Below, piece by piece: positions 13,102 through 24,899 of a stretch of DNA of 64,000 nt. Positions within the stretch are counted from its first letter, which is position 1; each line of letters starts with the position of its first letter. The position numbers and the translations under genes were made by a program. The notes below the pieces were generated by a model. That model was not told where the DNA came from, ran no database searches, and saw only the letters and a list, made by a program, of their open reading frames with translations. The DNA is from Octopus sinensis (lineage: Eukaryota): contig NC_042999.1 of assembly GCF_006345805.1 (NCBI RefSeq), positions 144,398,001-144,462,000 on the forward strand, in the 5' to 3' direction.

Positions 13102-13500
13102 ACACAAATTAGACTAAACAAGGAAACATTCTTCATTGAAAAGTACAAGCCCAGACTCACCATCATCCGAACATACTGATACAGAGAAATTCACACCAAG
13201 GAAAGGAAAAATTTTTAAGCGATTATCTCCCTACACCCGGAAGAAATCACTCACTACCTCCCCTTATTTAGAACTCTCCTGAACATAAACATAACGATAA
13301 CTCTATTCAACATAAACATAACGTCGCAAGAAATTTGAAAGCTACACGCGAAACCGGTCTTTCTTTTAAATTATGTCATTATAAGAGAAAAAAAATTTTT
13401 TTTTTAATTTTCTAATATTCTTCAGACATATTGACGCAAATATATATATATTTTTAACATTTTTAACTGTAGTTTTTTCACTCTTACTATTTTCTAATAT
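13100..13500 (+). mobile_element. Penelope-like 3' fragment between (TA)n tracts
   Basis: Translates TQIRLNKETFFIEKYKPRLTII, resembling the GIY-YIG endonuclease C-terminus (R..KE..FI.K.KP.LN). Confidence 0.55.
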
Positions 13501-13555
13501 ATATATATATATATATTATATATAATATATATATTATATATATATACTATATATA

Positions 13556-14090
13556 TTATATAAAATCCGTTGTCTGTCTATCTGTGGGTGGGTCTTCTAG
13601 GATCTCGGCATCCTCCATCCGATTGCACTCAAATTTGATATATAGATACCAACGGTATCAGGGCATGTATAAGTCTTGAAAAAATTACAAAAAACGATTC
13701 TAGCTGAGAATGTGATCGATAAAACCGTGGGAACGTGCATTTGTATGCACAAGTTCATCAGCTGTTGCGATTGATACTACACATATGCAAAAAATGCTCG
13801 TGCAGTTTGCGCAAAAAAGCCGGCTGAAATAATGTCACAAAATGAAGTATATTTAAGAGACCAAAACAGTAAGATGCAAAAGAGATATTTTCTTCAAACT
13901 TGGCATGAAGGAAGGAAAGACTATTTGGTTTCTCAAGAAGTTTCTTTTTTTTGCCTTAACTCCGTTTAACAAAACCAAAAATTTTATTGAAATAGAGGCA
14001 TGTTTAATTATTTTTTAATGAAAAGTAAACACTCATTGCTTTTTATTCAGCATATATGATTCAGCACCATCCATTGGACAGAGGGGGGGG
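13556..14090 (+). mobile_element. Probable non-autonomous Helitron 5' portion
   Basis: TATATAAAA start followed by GTCT/GTGG microsatellite and CCGATT...AAATTTG, same layout as 32290-32909; no 3' CTAG end seen. Confidence 0.45.
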
Positions 14091-14458
14091 GTTTGCTCGT
14101 ATATATATACCAAGAAAGTTAGGAGTTGTGGATCCAACCCACTAAGGGATAATACTTATCCAATATAATGTTGGTATAATACCCAATTATTAATACACAA
14201 TTGTTTTTAATTGCAATGCAATAAACTTACATATTGTATTAAATGGGCGAAGGTAAAGAAATATTTTACCATTAATTTATATTGCAAATAAGAAAATGGA
14301 GAAGCACATCAATTGGTTCAACTTTAAGATATTAAAATGTTGACTTATTTATTTATCAAAACGACAACCATAATAACATACATACATATAGTATATTATT
14401 CAATGCATATAAGATAAGAATACAAGCAGTTATTAAAAACCATGAATTTAAATTATTA

Positions 14459-14590
14459 AAATCACTTACAGCTGTTTCAGCCTATGGAGAATAGCAATAC
14501 ATTGTGCCTATATCAGAAAAGTGTATTGAGGTGGTAAGCAGTTGAAAATGAGATACTTATATATATCCCTAGGCCGCGCCAGAGATTATA
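14459..14590 (-). ncRNA. Degenerate minimal hammerhead within a Penelope pseudo-LTR-like repeat (~14100-14650)
   Basis: aatct-CTGGCGC-ggcctaggga...tccataggct-GAAA-cagctg-TA-agtgatt; core has two changes from CUGANGA. Confidence 0.5.
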
Positions 14591-14659
14591 ATGTACAATC
14601 ATAAAAATATAAATATATATAGGAAACAAATTACACGCACAATTTAATACATATATATA

Positions 14660-14940
14660 TACATCATCATCGTTTAACATCCGCTTTCCATGCTGGCATG
14701 GGTTGGACGGTTCAACAGGGGTCTGGGAAGCCAGAAGGCTGCACCAGGCCCAGTCTGATCAGGCAGTGTTTCTACAGCTGGATGCCCTTCCTAACGCCAA
14801 CCACTCCGTGAGTGTAGTGGCTGCTTTTTACGTGCCACCGGCACAGGTGCCAGAGGAGGCTGGCAAACGGCCACGATCGGATGGTGCTTTTTACGTGCCA
14901 CCGGCACAGGGAACACAAAGAGCTGTCAACGGCTACGGTC
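14660..14940 (-). mobile_element. RTE 3'-tail copy, little decayed
   Basis: Near identical to 42448-42790 and 55177-55560. Confidence 0.9.
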
Positions 14941-15102
14941 ATGTACATATATATAAAGATAGACATAATTATACATATACGTATACATATAGGTATACAC
15001 ATATATATACATATATACATACATATACATATATACACACATACATATTTACATACATATATATACATATACGTACAACATATATATACACATATACGTA
15101 CA

Positions 15103-15202
15103 NNNNNNNNNNNNNNNNNNNNNNNNNNNNNNNNNNNNNNNNNNNNNNNNNNNNNNNNNNNNNNNNNNNNNNNNNNNNNNNNNNNNNNNNNNNNNNNNNN
15201 NN
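15103..15202. other. Assembly gap (100 N)
   Basis: Run of N. Confidence 1.
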
Positions 15203-15224
15203 TAAGTGATCAGCACTTCTTTAT

Positions 15225-15760
15225 GCAACTTCCGAAAGTATAATTACTAGAATAGGCTGGGAAATATTCAAAGAACTTTTACCTATGTTGGTAACCAAAG
15301 ATATCTCTCCAAGTGAAAGAAAGATTGTATGATGCCTGTGTACAAACAACAATGCTACATAGTAGTGAGACATGGGTCCTAAATATAGAGGACACATGAA
15401 GATTAGAGAGGAATGAAGCTAGTATGCGCCATTGGATATGTAATGTCAGTGTACATGTACAACAGAACAATGTATTGAGAGAAAAGGTAGGCATAAGAGG
15501 AATTAGGCACAGTGTGCAAGGGAGATGCTGCACTGGTTCAGTTATGTGATATGTATGGATGAGGACAGTTGCATAAAGAAGTGTTGATCACTTAAAGAGA
15601 ATGGAACTTGTGGAAGAGGGAAACCCAGAAAGATATGGGATGAAATATTGAAGGCCAATTTCAAAACACTGAGCCTTGCAAAGGAGATGACAAAGACCAA
15701 GATATCTAGATATCTAGCTTGAGAATGCCCATCCTCCACTACAGAATTAATATCCTAAAA
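15225..15760 (+). mobile_element. Decayed RTE LINE C-terminal fragment
   Basis: RIGWEIFKELLPMLVTK...LHSSETW...GRGKPRKIW. Confidence 0.8.
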
Positions 15761-16649
15761 CCAACTTGGTAAATGCTTGTAATTGTGGAGCACTGCCAAA
15801 CCTCTATTCTCACTGCTCTTCTAAACTCACCCAACATCTCATTCCCTAACACTCATCATTCCTCTATCTCAGGTATTATTTGGCTATCATAATCACTTGA
15901 GAGCAAAATAGGCACAAACTACATCCCCTCCCTTTCACTTTCCTTCCCCCACTTCAGAATTACTTCCATTCTTCATTAACTTCATCCAGCCATGCTCTCT
16001 CCTCTCTGCTATGCACTATCCTTAATACCTCTTTTAGCTACAATCACTCTCAATGCCCTCACATATCTAACATGACCCCTCCTCTTGAGCCATTCCTATA
16101 TCTCTCAATTACATTCACTTCTATCCCATCTAACCATCTCTCCACACATTCTTATGACCTTTTCCCTTCTCTCCACACATTCTTATGACCTTTTCCCTTC
16201 TCTCCCCACTGTCCAATCACCCAGTCCAATCTTCTGTATCACTTCAGCTATATTCATCCCCACCACAACTGTACTTCGAGGGTGTATCCTGATACATAAC
16301 CACTGCCATTTCTTTCACTCACTCCCACAACAACAACAACAAAACACCCATCTTTATCCCTCTATTATTCTTTTAACCTCCCATGAACTGGCACAAAGCC
16401 ACATCCCTCAGTACTAATTCCCCAAGAAAAGAGGACTTTGTCTTGAAATTTATTTGGTAACCTCTGCCAATGACAGTGTCACAAAAATAGCAACCAGGGC
16501 ACTCTTTTAAGTGGTTGGCATAGAAACCATGCCAAAACAAACAACATAGCTTGACACAGCCCTCCAGCTTGCCAGCTCTGGTCAAACCCTCCAACCCATG
16601 CTAGTATGGAAAACATGACATCTCAACTTAACAGATATATTTACCAAAA

Positions 16650-17416
16650 TTACATAAAAATATATTGAAATACTAAAGAGTAAATTTATTCAATAAAATC
16701 ACCACTGGCTTCAACCAAGGCCTCCAGATGACTTCAGAATCTCCTGCAACCCTTGTTTAAGTTGGTGAATGGTGCCATAATCCTTGCCTTCAGTTCATCT
16801 TTGGTGTTAGAAGGAATTTTGTTGGTCTCTTGCTCAACTGCACCCCTCACATAATAATCAAGAGGGTTGCAGCCAGGGGAATCAAGAGGCCAGATTTAAG
16901 AATGATGTGGTTGCAGAAATTGCCTGACAGCCATGACTGGGTTCTCCTGCTTGTGTAGCATGGTGCAGTGTCCTGTTGCCAGACATAGAGTCTTCCAACA
17001 GCCACCCTCTTGACCCAGGACAGCACCTACCTCCTCCAGACACTTGATGTAGGCCTCCATGTCGAGTCTGAGGCCATATGGGAAGATGAATGGAGGCATA
17101 ACATCACCATCACTAGTGATCACTCCAAACACCATGATGTTGACTGGATGTTTGACTTTTATCACTCTTGATACGTATCCTCAGATTGACACCCAGACAC
17201 TCTGAAATTCTCATATTGGTGCTTCTAGCACGAATGCCAAGCAGTACAGCATATCATTTCTAAGTTTTTCTGGCAGAGTGAATTGTGTCATGGTGCTGTT
17301 TTTCTCAGACAGTGCTCAACTGATCCTACTATATTGTGCAGTGAACAAAATCAAAATAAACAGTGCACATGCATGAAATTAGAAATATAAAATGGCGACA
17401 ATTTACCCATCACACC

Positions 17417-17420
<4 letters not shown>
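16650..17420 (-). mobile_element. Tc1/mariner-superfamily (maT/rosa-like) transposase remnant with internal deletion
   Basis: KHPVNIMVFGVITSDGDVMPPFIF, then WQQDTAPC and SPGCNPLDYY after frameshifts. Confidence 0.85.
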
Positions 17421-17485
<65 letters not shown>

Positions 17486-17512
17486 GAGAGAGAGAGAGAG
17501 AGGGGGAGAGAG
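17419..17512. repeat. (TA)n(GA)n compound microsatellite; many other (TA)n, (TG)n and (CAT)n tracts in the window
   Basis: Direct reading. Confidence 0.95.
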
Positions 17513-18894
17513 AAACAGACAGATAGATATATAAGGAGAGTGGAATAGTCATTACCCATAAGCTAGAGTTTCACTTGTTGCTCTGATGTTTCAAGTTACT
17601 GAATTCTGAACCATTAATTAAATTTTTTTTATTAGTAGAAATAAGTAAATGGAACCCAGTCAGTTCAAACAATACAGACCCCAGTTATTTAATCAGCCAA
17701 ACTTCCTTTTTACTAAGTATTTCACAGATACCTGTACCTTTAATGCAATTCAAAGATAGAATCAACTGAAATCACACAGAAATAATAATTTGTGATTGTA
17801 TTCATGATAATGAGTCAACATTACAATGTGACAAGACTGGTCCTTTCAATTATAGGTACATTCTATCTGATGGACTTTCACTTACTCTCTTATCAATTTA
17901 GTTCATAAGATGCCACTCAATACAATAGTATTCAGGGTATCATGATTGCAGAATGATAACCACTTGAACATGCTTGCATCCAATAATTTATGGGTAAACA
18001 AGTGGGTAGATAAATAGGCAGCTATTTTTGTATCAGCTTTTCATTCAACCATTAAATACATGACTATCTCAGGATTTTCAATATTTCTTTATTAGTTCTT
18101 TATATTTGATTTGGAACAACAATGTTCTTAAAACCATGGTCTGAGACTTCAAGAGTTTCATAACCTCATTTTCAAATGAAGCTGCTGCAATAGCATGTAG
18201 TCTGCACAGTGACTAAGTTACAAAGGGTGTCAGTACATCATTTTACATTTCTCTACACTACATTAACTGAAAATGAATACCAGTTGAATGTTATTGCAGC
18301 CCTCTCTCCTCCCAGCTGCTATATCCTCGGTATTTTATTGCATCCAGGGTAGCAGAGCTGAGAGGGTGTCTATATATGATTGTGGCTACATACGTACCTA
18401 AAACAATTTAGCAAAATTTTGGTACAAGCTATCAAGTCATACTTGCTTACAAGTGACAGCCAAGTACTCTGTGTGTGTGTGTGTATAAAACCATGTCCAT
18501 TTTTTCCTCCATGTTTGCAAGGGATGATTGGAACTTATCAGGACCAGAACACTTTCTGTCACCAGCCCTCACTTGTTTCCAAGCAAAGTAATATTTCCTC
18601 ATGGCTAGGACATGTTTTCATACAATACTGGAAATACTCATTTACACTGTCATGTGATGTCAAGTCAAGGAGACACAAACATACACATACACAAACACAC
18701 AGAAGCATGTGTGATTGAGAAAATTTCTTTGCAACCATATAGCTTCAAGCATGAATCTGTAGTGCAGTGGCTTGGAAAAGTGAACTGACCAATGACTTCA
18801 AGTGAAATTGATAGGCAGAAACGGTGCAAAAACTTGTCCTATATATTATGCACACACTCATGCACACATACATAAATGTGTGTTTGCATGTTTC

Positions 18895-18926
<32 letters not shown>

Positions 18927-18929
<3 letters not shown>

Positions 18930-19770
18930 TAAGTAATTAAGGGTTTAGCAACGAATTGCCTCACCAACACACCGAATTTAGAAATAGCAGTCAAAGAGAT
19001 ATAGCTATTCCTTCTACTAAAAGGGGGATCTCAGTAAAAACACAGCACTTGAAAAGCAAACACAGACAGGTAAGAAAGAAAGAATGAAATGACGGCAATC
19101 TATCATACAATTTTAAGTTACCTACGGACGTACGTTTCGAAATCAAGTTTTAGGAAAGCATAAGAATTAGAAAGCCGATGAGAAAAGAAGTTTGGGTAAG
19201 GTAGAATTTTCTAATTCTTATGCTTTCCTAAAACTTGATTTCGAAACGTACGTCCGTAGGTAACTTAAAATTGTATGATAAATTGCCGTCATTTCATTCT
19301 TTCTTTCTTACCTGTCTGTGTTTGCTTTTCAAGTGCTGTGTTTTTACTGAGATCCCCCTTTTAGTAGAAGGAATAGCTATATCTCTTTGACTGCTATTTC
19401 TAAATTCGGTGTGTTGGTGAGGCAATTCGTTGCTAAACCCTTAATTACTTAGTATTACTTAAATTTTCCTCGAATGGGGCTTTTACATGCCGAAATCTAC
19501 TTGGTGTAATTGATAATTATTCCAAATTAATTAATTTCACCCTTTATTGTTACTGATAACCATATTTTATCCCAGTAAATGACCACAGCATTTTGTCTTG
19601 GCTACACGCGGGTGGAAGGGGGCTGGTGACACAAACTTTCATTCACACTTTGAATTTCATGGTACTGGTCATGCTTTGGCTCGCTCTGACACTGAGTTGA
19701 GATAATGCCTTCTAATATACAATTATTCATAATTGTAGTATCCTGCGCCGATGAGAAAAGAAGTTTGGGT

Positions 19771-19776
<6 letters not shown>
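18927..19776 (+). mobile_element. Non-coding fold-back hammerhead element, copy 1 (retrozyme- or Penelope pseudo-LTR-like)
   Basis: Inverted arms 18927-19173 and 19208-19454; 30-bp direct repeat at 19174-19203 and 19747-19776; (TA)n flanks. Confidence 0.8.
19175..19260 (+). ncRNA. Hammerhead core with CCGAUGA variant; stem I partner at 19742-19747
   Basis: CCGATGA-long stem II-GAAA(19243)-cgtacg-TC-cgtagg; cctgcg precedes the second CCGATGA and pairs with cgtagg. Confidence 0.7.
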
Positions 19777-19818
<42 letters not shown>

Positions 19819-19823
19819 ATATA

Positions 19824-20668
19824 TACTAAGTAATTAAGGGTTTAGCAACGAATTGCCTCACCAACACACCGAATTTAGAAATAGCAGTCAAAGAGATATA
19901 GCTATTCCTTCTACTAAAAGGGGGATCTCAGTAAAAACACAGCACTTGAAAAGCAAACACAGACAGGTAAGAAAGAAAGAATGAAATGACGGCAATCTAT
20001 CATACAATTTTAAGTTACCTACGGACGTACGTTTCGAAATCAAGTTTTAGGAAAGCATAAGAATTAGAAGCCGATGAGAAAAGAAGTTTGGGTAAGGTAG
20101 AATTTTCTAATTCTTATGCTTTCCTAAAACTTGATTTCGAAACGTACGTCCGTAGGTAACTTAAAATTGTATGATAATTGCCGTCATTTCATTCTTTCTT
20201 TCTTACCTGTCTGTGTTTGCTTTTCAAGTGCTGTGTTTTTACTGAGATCCCCTTTTAGTAGAAGGAATAGCTATATCTCTTTGACTGCTATTCTAAATTC
20301 GGTGTGTTGGTGAGGCAATTCGTTGCTAAACCCTTAATTACTTAGTATTACTTAAATTTTCCTCGAATGGGGCTTTTACATGCCGAAATCTACTTGGTGT
20401 AATTGATAATTATTCCAAATTAATTAATTTCACCCTTTATTGTTACTGATAACCATATTTTATCCCAGTAAATGACCACAGCATTTTGTCTTGGCTACAC
20501 GCGGGTGGAAGGGGGCTGGTGACACAAACTTTCATTCACACTTTGAATTTCATGGTACGGTCATGCTTTGGCTCGCTCTGACACTGAGTTGAGATAATGC
20601 CTTCTAATATACAATTATTCATAATTGTAGTACCCTGCGCCGATGAGAAAAGAAGTTTGGGTAAGGTA
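19824..20668 (+). mobile_element. Fold-back hammerhead element, copy 2
   Basis: Near-identical tandem copy of 18927-19776, separated by (TA)n. Confidence 0.8.
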
Positions 20669-20671
20669 TAT

Positions 20672-20713
<42 letters not shown>

Positions 20714-20759
20714 GTGTTTGTCTGTTTCTTAATATATATATGTGTGTGTGTGTGTGTGT

Positions 20760-21064
20760 GGAGGCGCAATGGCCCAGTGGTTAGGGCACCAGACTCGCGG
20801 TCGTAGGATCGCAGTTTCGATTCCCAGACCAGGCGTTGTGAGTGTTTATTGAGCAAAAACACCTAAAAGCTCCACGAGGCTCTGGCAGGGGGTGGTGGCG
20901 ATCCCTGCTGTACTCTTTCGCCGCAATTTTCACTCACTCTTTCTTCTGTTGGCCTGCTCACTTAGCCAGCGGGGTGGCGTCATTTGAAGGCTAAAACAAT
21001 GCGAAGCGCATTGTGACCAGCGATGTGTAGCAACATCTGATAGCCTGGTCGGTCATGTGACATG

Positions 21065-21065
<1 letters not shown>
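20760..21065 (+). mobile_element. Full-length tRNA-derived SINE
   Basis: GGAGGCGCAATGGCCCAGTGGTTAG (A box) and GTTTCGATTCC (B box), about 300 bp, CpG-rich, flanked by microsatellites. Confidence 0.85.
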
Positions 21066-21104
<39 letters not shown>

Positions 21105-21105
<1 letters not shown>

Positions 21106-22962
21106 TTTTCTTATCCCGCATATTTGTGTTCGATGCCAAAGTAAAGATTCAGTTTCATTACCAGTGGTAATATATATATATATATATATAGATATAGATA
21201 TAAAAGGCTAAGATCCAGGGGTCTAAGTTTAGGAAGTTTGTAAGCTTCAAGCAGTCCATGGTAGGTGTAGAGAACAAAAAGTGAACAATGCACGATAAGG
21301 AACAATAATTTACTGGCACTGAAAGTTACACATTTTTTCCCATACTGAAATTACGAGGAAATTTGATAAGCTGATAGTTTCTTTATAAATCACAGTTAGC
21401 CACTAGAGTTATTACAAATGCAAATAAAAATCCAAATTGAGGGAATAGACAGAGTAAAATGCACGCTATATATGTTATGATCTTAGCTAGCTGATCTTCT
21501 GTTATAACAGTTACTAAACGATAGGTGCTCAACTTGGTTAATCATCAGGCCCTTCATTTAATTATGGTAACTTCAACCTGATAATTGGTTAAACACCCCT
21601 TGTTGAGTAATTATTACATCAGAGGATCAGTTGGCTAAGATACATATGTAGCCTGCATTTTACCCGTTCCACTCCCTCATTTTGGATGTACATACACACA
21701 CACATTTACATATATGGCTATGTTGTATTTTAACAGTGGGAATAAAAAATTGTCAATGACTGAATATGTACTGGGAAGCCTCGGCACCATCGTTCTAATT
21801 ACCAAAAATAGCAACTAAATGTCACTTAAATCACACTCTTCTGTCTCTAAAGTGGAAAAAAAGTAAGGACGTATACGACAACCTCCACCGTGTCCTTACT
21901 TTTTTTATAAGGCAGAATGTTATTCGGCGAAGATTTTGCTGTTATTTCTGGCAAATAGCGGTTGCGAAGAAGCTACATCATTTAATCGGAAGCTGTTAAT
22001 TTTTGTCATACATTGAAAATAATTGAAAATGACAGAATAGTCACGCTTGGAACGCCTTTAATTATAGGTCTGGTGACCCAACAAGCATTGCTCTGTATAT
22101 CTTTTCTGTCATTAGCTCGAAATAGAAAAAAGGTTAGGTTTGACATTAGTATGGATGTGCATTGGGATTTATAAACAAATTTACGTACGTACAATATAAA
22201 AGGATACCTGACAGGCATCGATATGTACAGGGTTACAAAATCTTTCTATGTAAATACATAAAAAAATCAAGCTCTATATAAACCGGAACAGCGAACCGGT
22301 TTTTATTGCTATCAGAAATTCGTTTATATCGGTTTAGTATCACTTTAGAAAGCAATGGACATCACAATTCTTCAGAAGCATATTTCCAAGTGTTTATGCC
22401 TTCGTTAGAAGCAACTAGTGTGCGTACGTGTAGGTGTCTATAACCTCGTTTAAGGTCGAAATAAAATCAAGTGTCGATATATTTATTTCAAATATCGATT
22501 ATACGTGATACAACAATAACAGCAGCACCAGCGGTGAATAATTAATTCTTTTCACTATGCACAAACACTACCAAAGACTAGTTTCTCTTGAAAGACGATA
22601 GATTTTCTACTCATTTCTTTCCAAAGTATAACAGAATTGGAATTCGGTCCCTGTAGTTAGTGTAACTCAATAATCACAATACAGATTTCACAGAATAAAC
22701 ACAAGGTCTCGAGTATACAAGACACAAGAAACGAGTCTGTGGGGCGCTCATGCCTTTTGTCAAGGACATTAACAGCAAAAAAAAGTGAAGTGAAAGAGTT
22801 ACCAGCAAGAATCGAAACTAGGTCGCAGATTTTCTCGCCGCGAGCTTGACACTAGCAGTTGTAGGCGAGTTTCCTAAGACGGTTTGGCAGAGTGTTTCGA
22901 CCGCTGGTAATGAAACTGAATTTTTTGTTGGCATCGAACACAAATATGCAGGATAAGAAAAT
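21105..22962. repeat. Pair of ~63-bp inverted repeats (21105-21167 and 22901-22962)
   Basis: attttcttatccYgcatatttgtgttcgatgccaa...attcagtttcattaccagYgg occurs on both strands. Confidence 0.8.
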
Positions 22963-23979
22963 AGTCAATACTGAATCAACCTCCACACAAGCCTGGTACT
23001 AATTTTATCGATCCCGAGGAATGAAAGAAAGAGTTGACTCCACCACTAGGGCGATAAAAAGGAGAGATACAGTATTGACTGAAGAAAGAAATACTGTCAG
23101 CGAACATAAATAAGATTTTAAGCGTTAATCACAACATATAGAATAGAATTATTAATGATTTGCACAGAGAGGGTGGGGTCGAAGTTAGTCATTCGAAGAG
23201 GACCAGGGTACACTAAAACATGGATCGCTTCAGCTCTTGGTAAAACCGTCACCTCCTACCAGCGATCAGGCTGAAACCATTCAGCTAGACCACATTATTC
23301 CTACCATTGTTACGGCCTCTTGTGTTTATGAAATTACTGTAACATCATGACTTCTTCTTAGAGTTGATATTGAAGTTAGATTTTTAAGATTCGTTGGCGA
23401 CAAAATTACAAGCCCTTCGAACCCTTTTAGTTTTGGCCACCATAACCTCTTTCGCTGTAGCCGTCATGCAGAAAAAGAAAAAAAAACTTAAGTGCCAACA
23501 CATCCTTGCCATAATAATAATAATATAGATGAGTATCTGGGCACAAGGCTAGAAGAGACAAATAGAGTTGATTGAATCGTTTCTAATATATTACAGGTGA
23601 GTATTTTATCGACCCTAAGAGATAAGTCGTTCCTGTTGTGATTTAACCACCCAGCACAGAAGGACAAGACTAAAAACTGCAAAGTATCAGATCCAATAGT
23701 TTTTTTATAGCCTAAGATATCCTCCCAGATATTATTTTTGGACACAAGGCTACAGTAGACAGAAATGAGACTATGTGACATTGATACCTTCCTTGGTTGT
23801 ATTAACGATGTAAGTGAAATTGACTACAAGCTGGAGTGGAAACTGGGTCGCGAACTTAACTCACAGGAGTTTACCTTTTAAGTTAGTCTACGGCTCTTAC
23901 CAGAACTACAAAATAATAACAAGTGTCAATGAGGGGCTATGGTAGTGAAGAAGGAAAAAAGAATATAAATTGGTCTTAC

Positions 23980-24076
23980 CTTCTGCAATGACGTCTTCCA
24001 CAGTGACAACATATCTACCCAAGGAGAAGACTTTGCCGACATGACCGGCTGGTTGGGTGGAAAAAAACTTTTTCAT
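23980..24076 (-). CDS. AAK1: AAK1/BMP2K (Numb-associated kinase family), first coding exon; downstream exons not found in window
   Basis: Hand translation gives MKKFFSTQPAGHVGKVFSLGRYVVTVEDVIAE-G, matching the NAK kinase N-terminus (MKKFF...GRVF.IGR..VTV.EVLAEGGF). Ends at a G|GTAAG donor (phase 1); in-frame stop upstream of the ATG. Confidence 0.93.
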
Positions 24077-24225
24077 TCTAGAATTAGATCTGTGGCGTTG
24101 TTGGCTGAGAGAAGAGACAGTTTCGTCGGTAGAGTTGGTGTAATAGTGATGGTAATGTTGATGATGCTGTTACACAGTCCATCAGACATGGGAAGTTGTG
24201 GTAGTAATGTTGATGTTACGTCCAT
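24073..24225 (-). other. 50-codon upstream ORF whose TGA overlaps the AAK1 ATG (ATGA)
   Basis: Hand translation MDVTSTLLPQLPMSDGLCNSIINITITITPTLPTKLSLLSANNATDLILE*; assumes this segment is in the 5' UTR. Confidence 0.5.
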
Positions 24226-24899
24226 CAGAAAAAGGAGGATATGATGATAATTGTGATTGAATGTGTGAAATGTAGAAAGAAATCCGATACATCTATTTCA
24301 AGACACGGTCAACAAAACAGAAAAAACGAAAACGAGATGGGGAAAGAGGAAGAGAAGATTAACACGTAAAATCGTGGTGGTGATATTGTTGTCGTTGTTC
24401 TTGAGGTTGTGAGGAGGAAGAGAGAGAAAAATACACACAAACCGGGGGGAGAGAGATAACATGTACTGGTTGTGATATCTATTCAAATGGTTGTCAGTGC
24501 TATAAAGAGAGAGGGACAAGTAGAGAGCAAAGATAGAGTAACACGCAGAGAGATGGTTGCTATTGCGGTAGAGAGAGATGGAAAGAGGTTAGATCTTCGG
24601 GGAAATGTTCTTTACAAAAAGAAGTTATCCTAAAGTCTCTCCCCACTAAAATAAAGGGGGTGACGAAAAAGTGAAAACAAATTAATATGTACGTTAGGGG
24701 CCGTGTTGTTGTGATGGTGGAGAGTATTAGTGATAATAGTTCTGGTGTTGTGGTTGCAGTTAGTACGATTGACGTGGTGTTGGTGTGGACAGCAGTGACA
24801 ACAAAGTAAAATAGGCGGAGGTGGTAGAGGATTAGAAAGAGAAGCATTGATTCTTGTCTCTCCAGACATCACTTCTAAACAGGTCTTTTAGGTCATCAA

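Noticed and set aside
20760-20835. tRNA gene
   Set aside because: A and B boxes present but no proper acceptor stem, and it continues into a SINE body.
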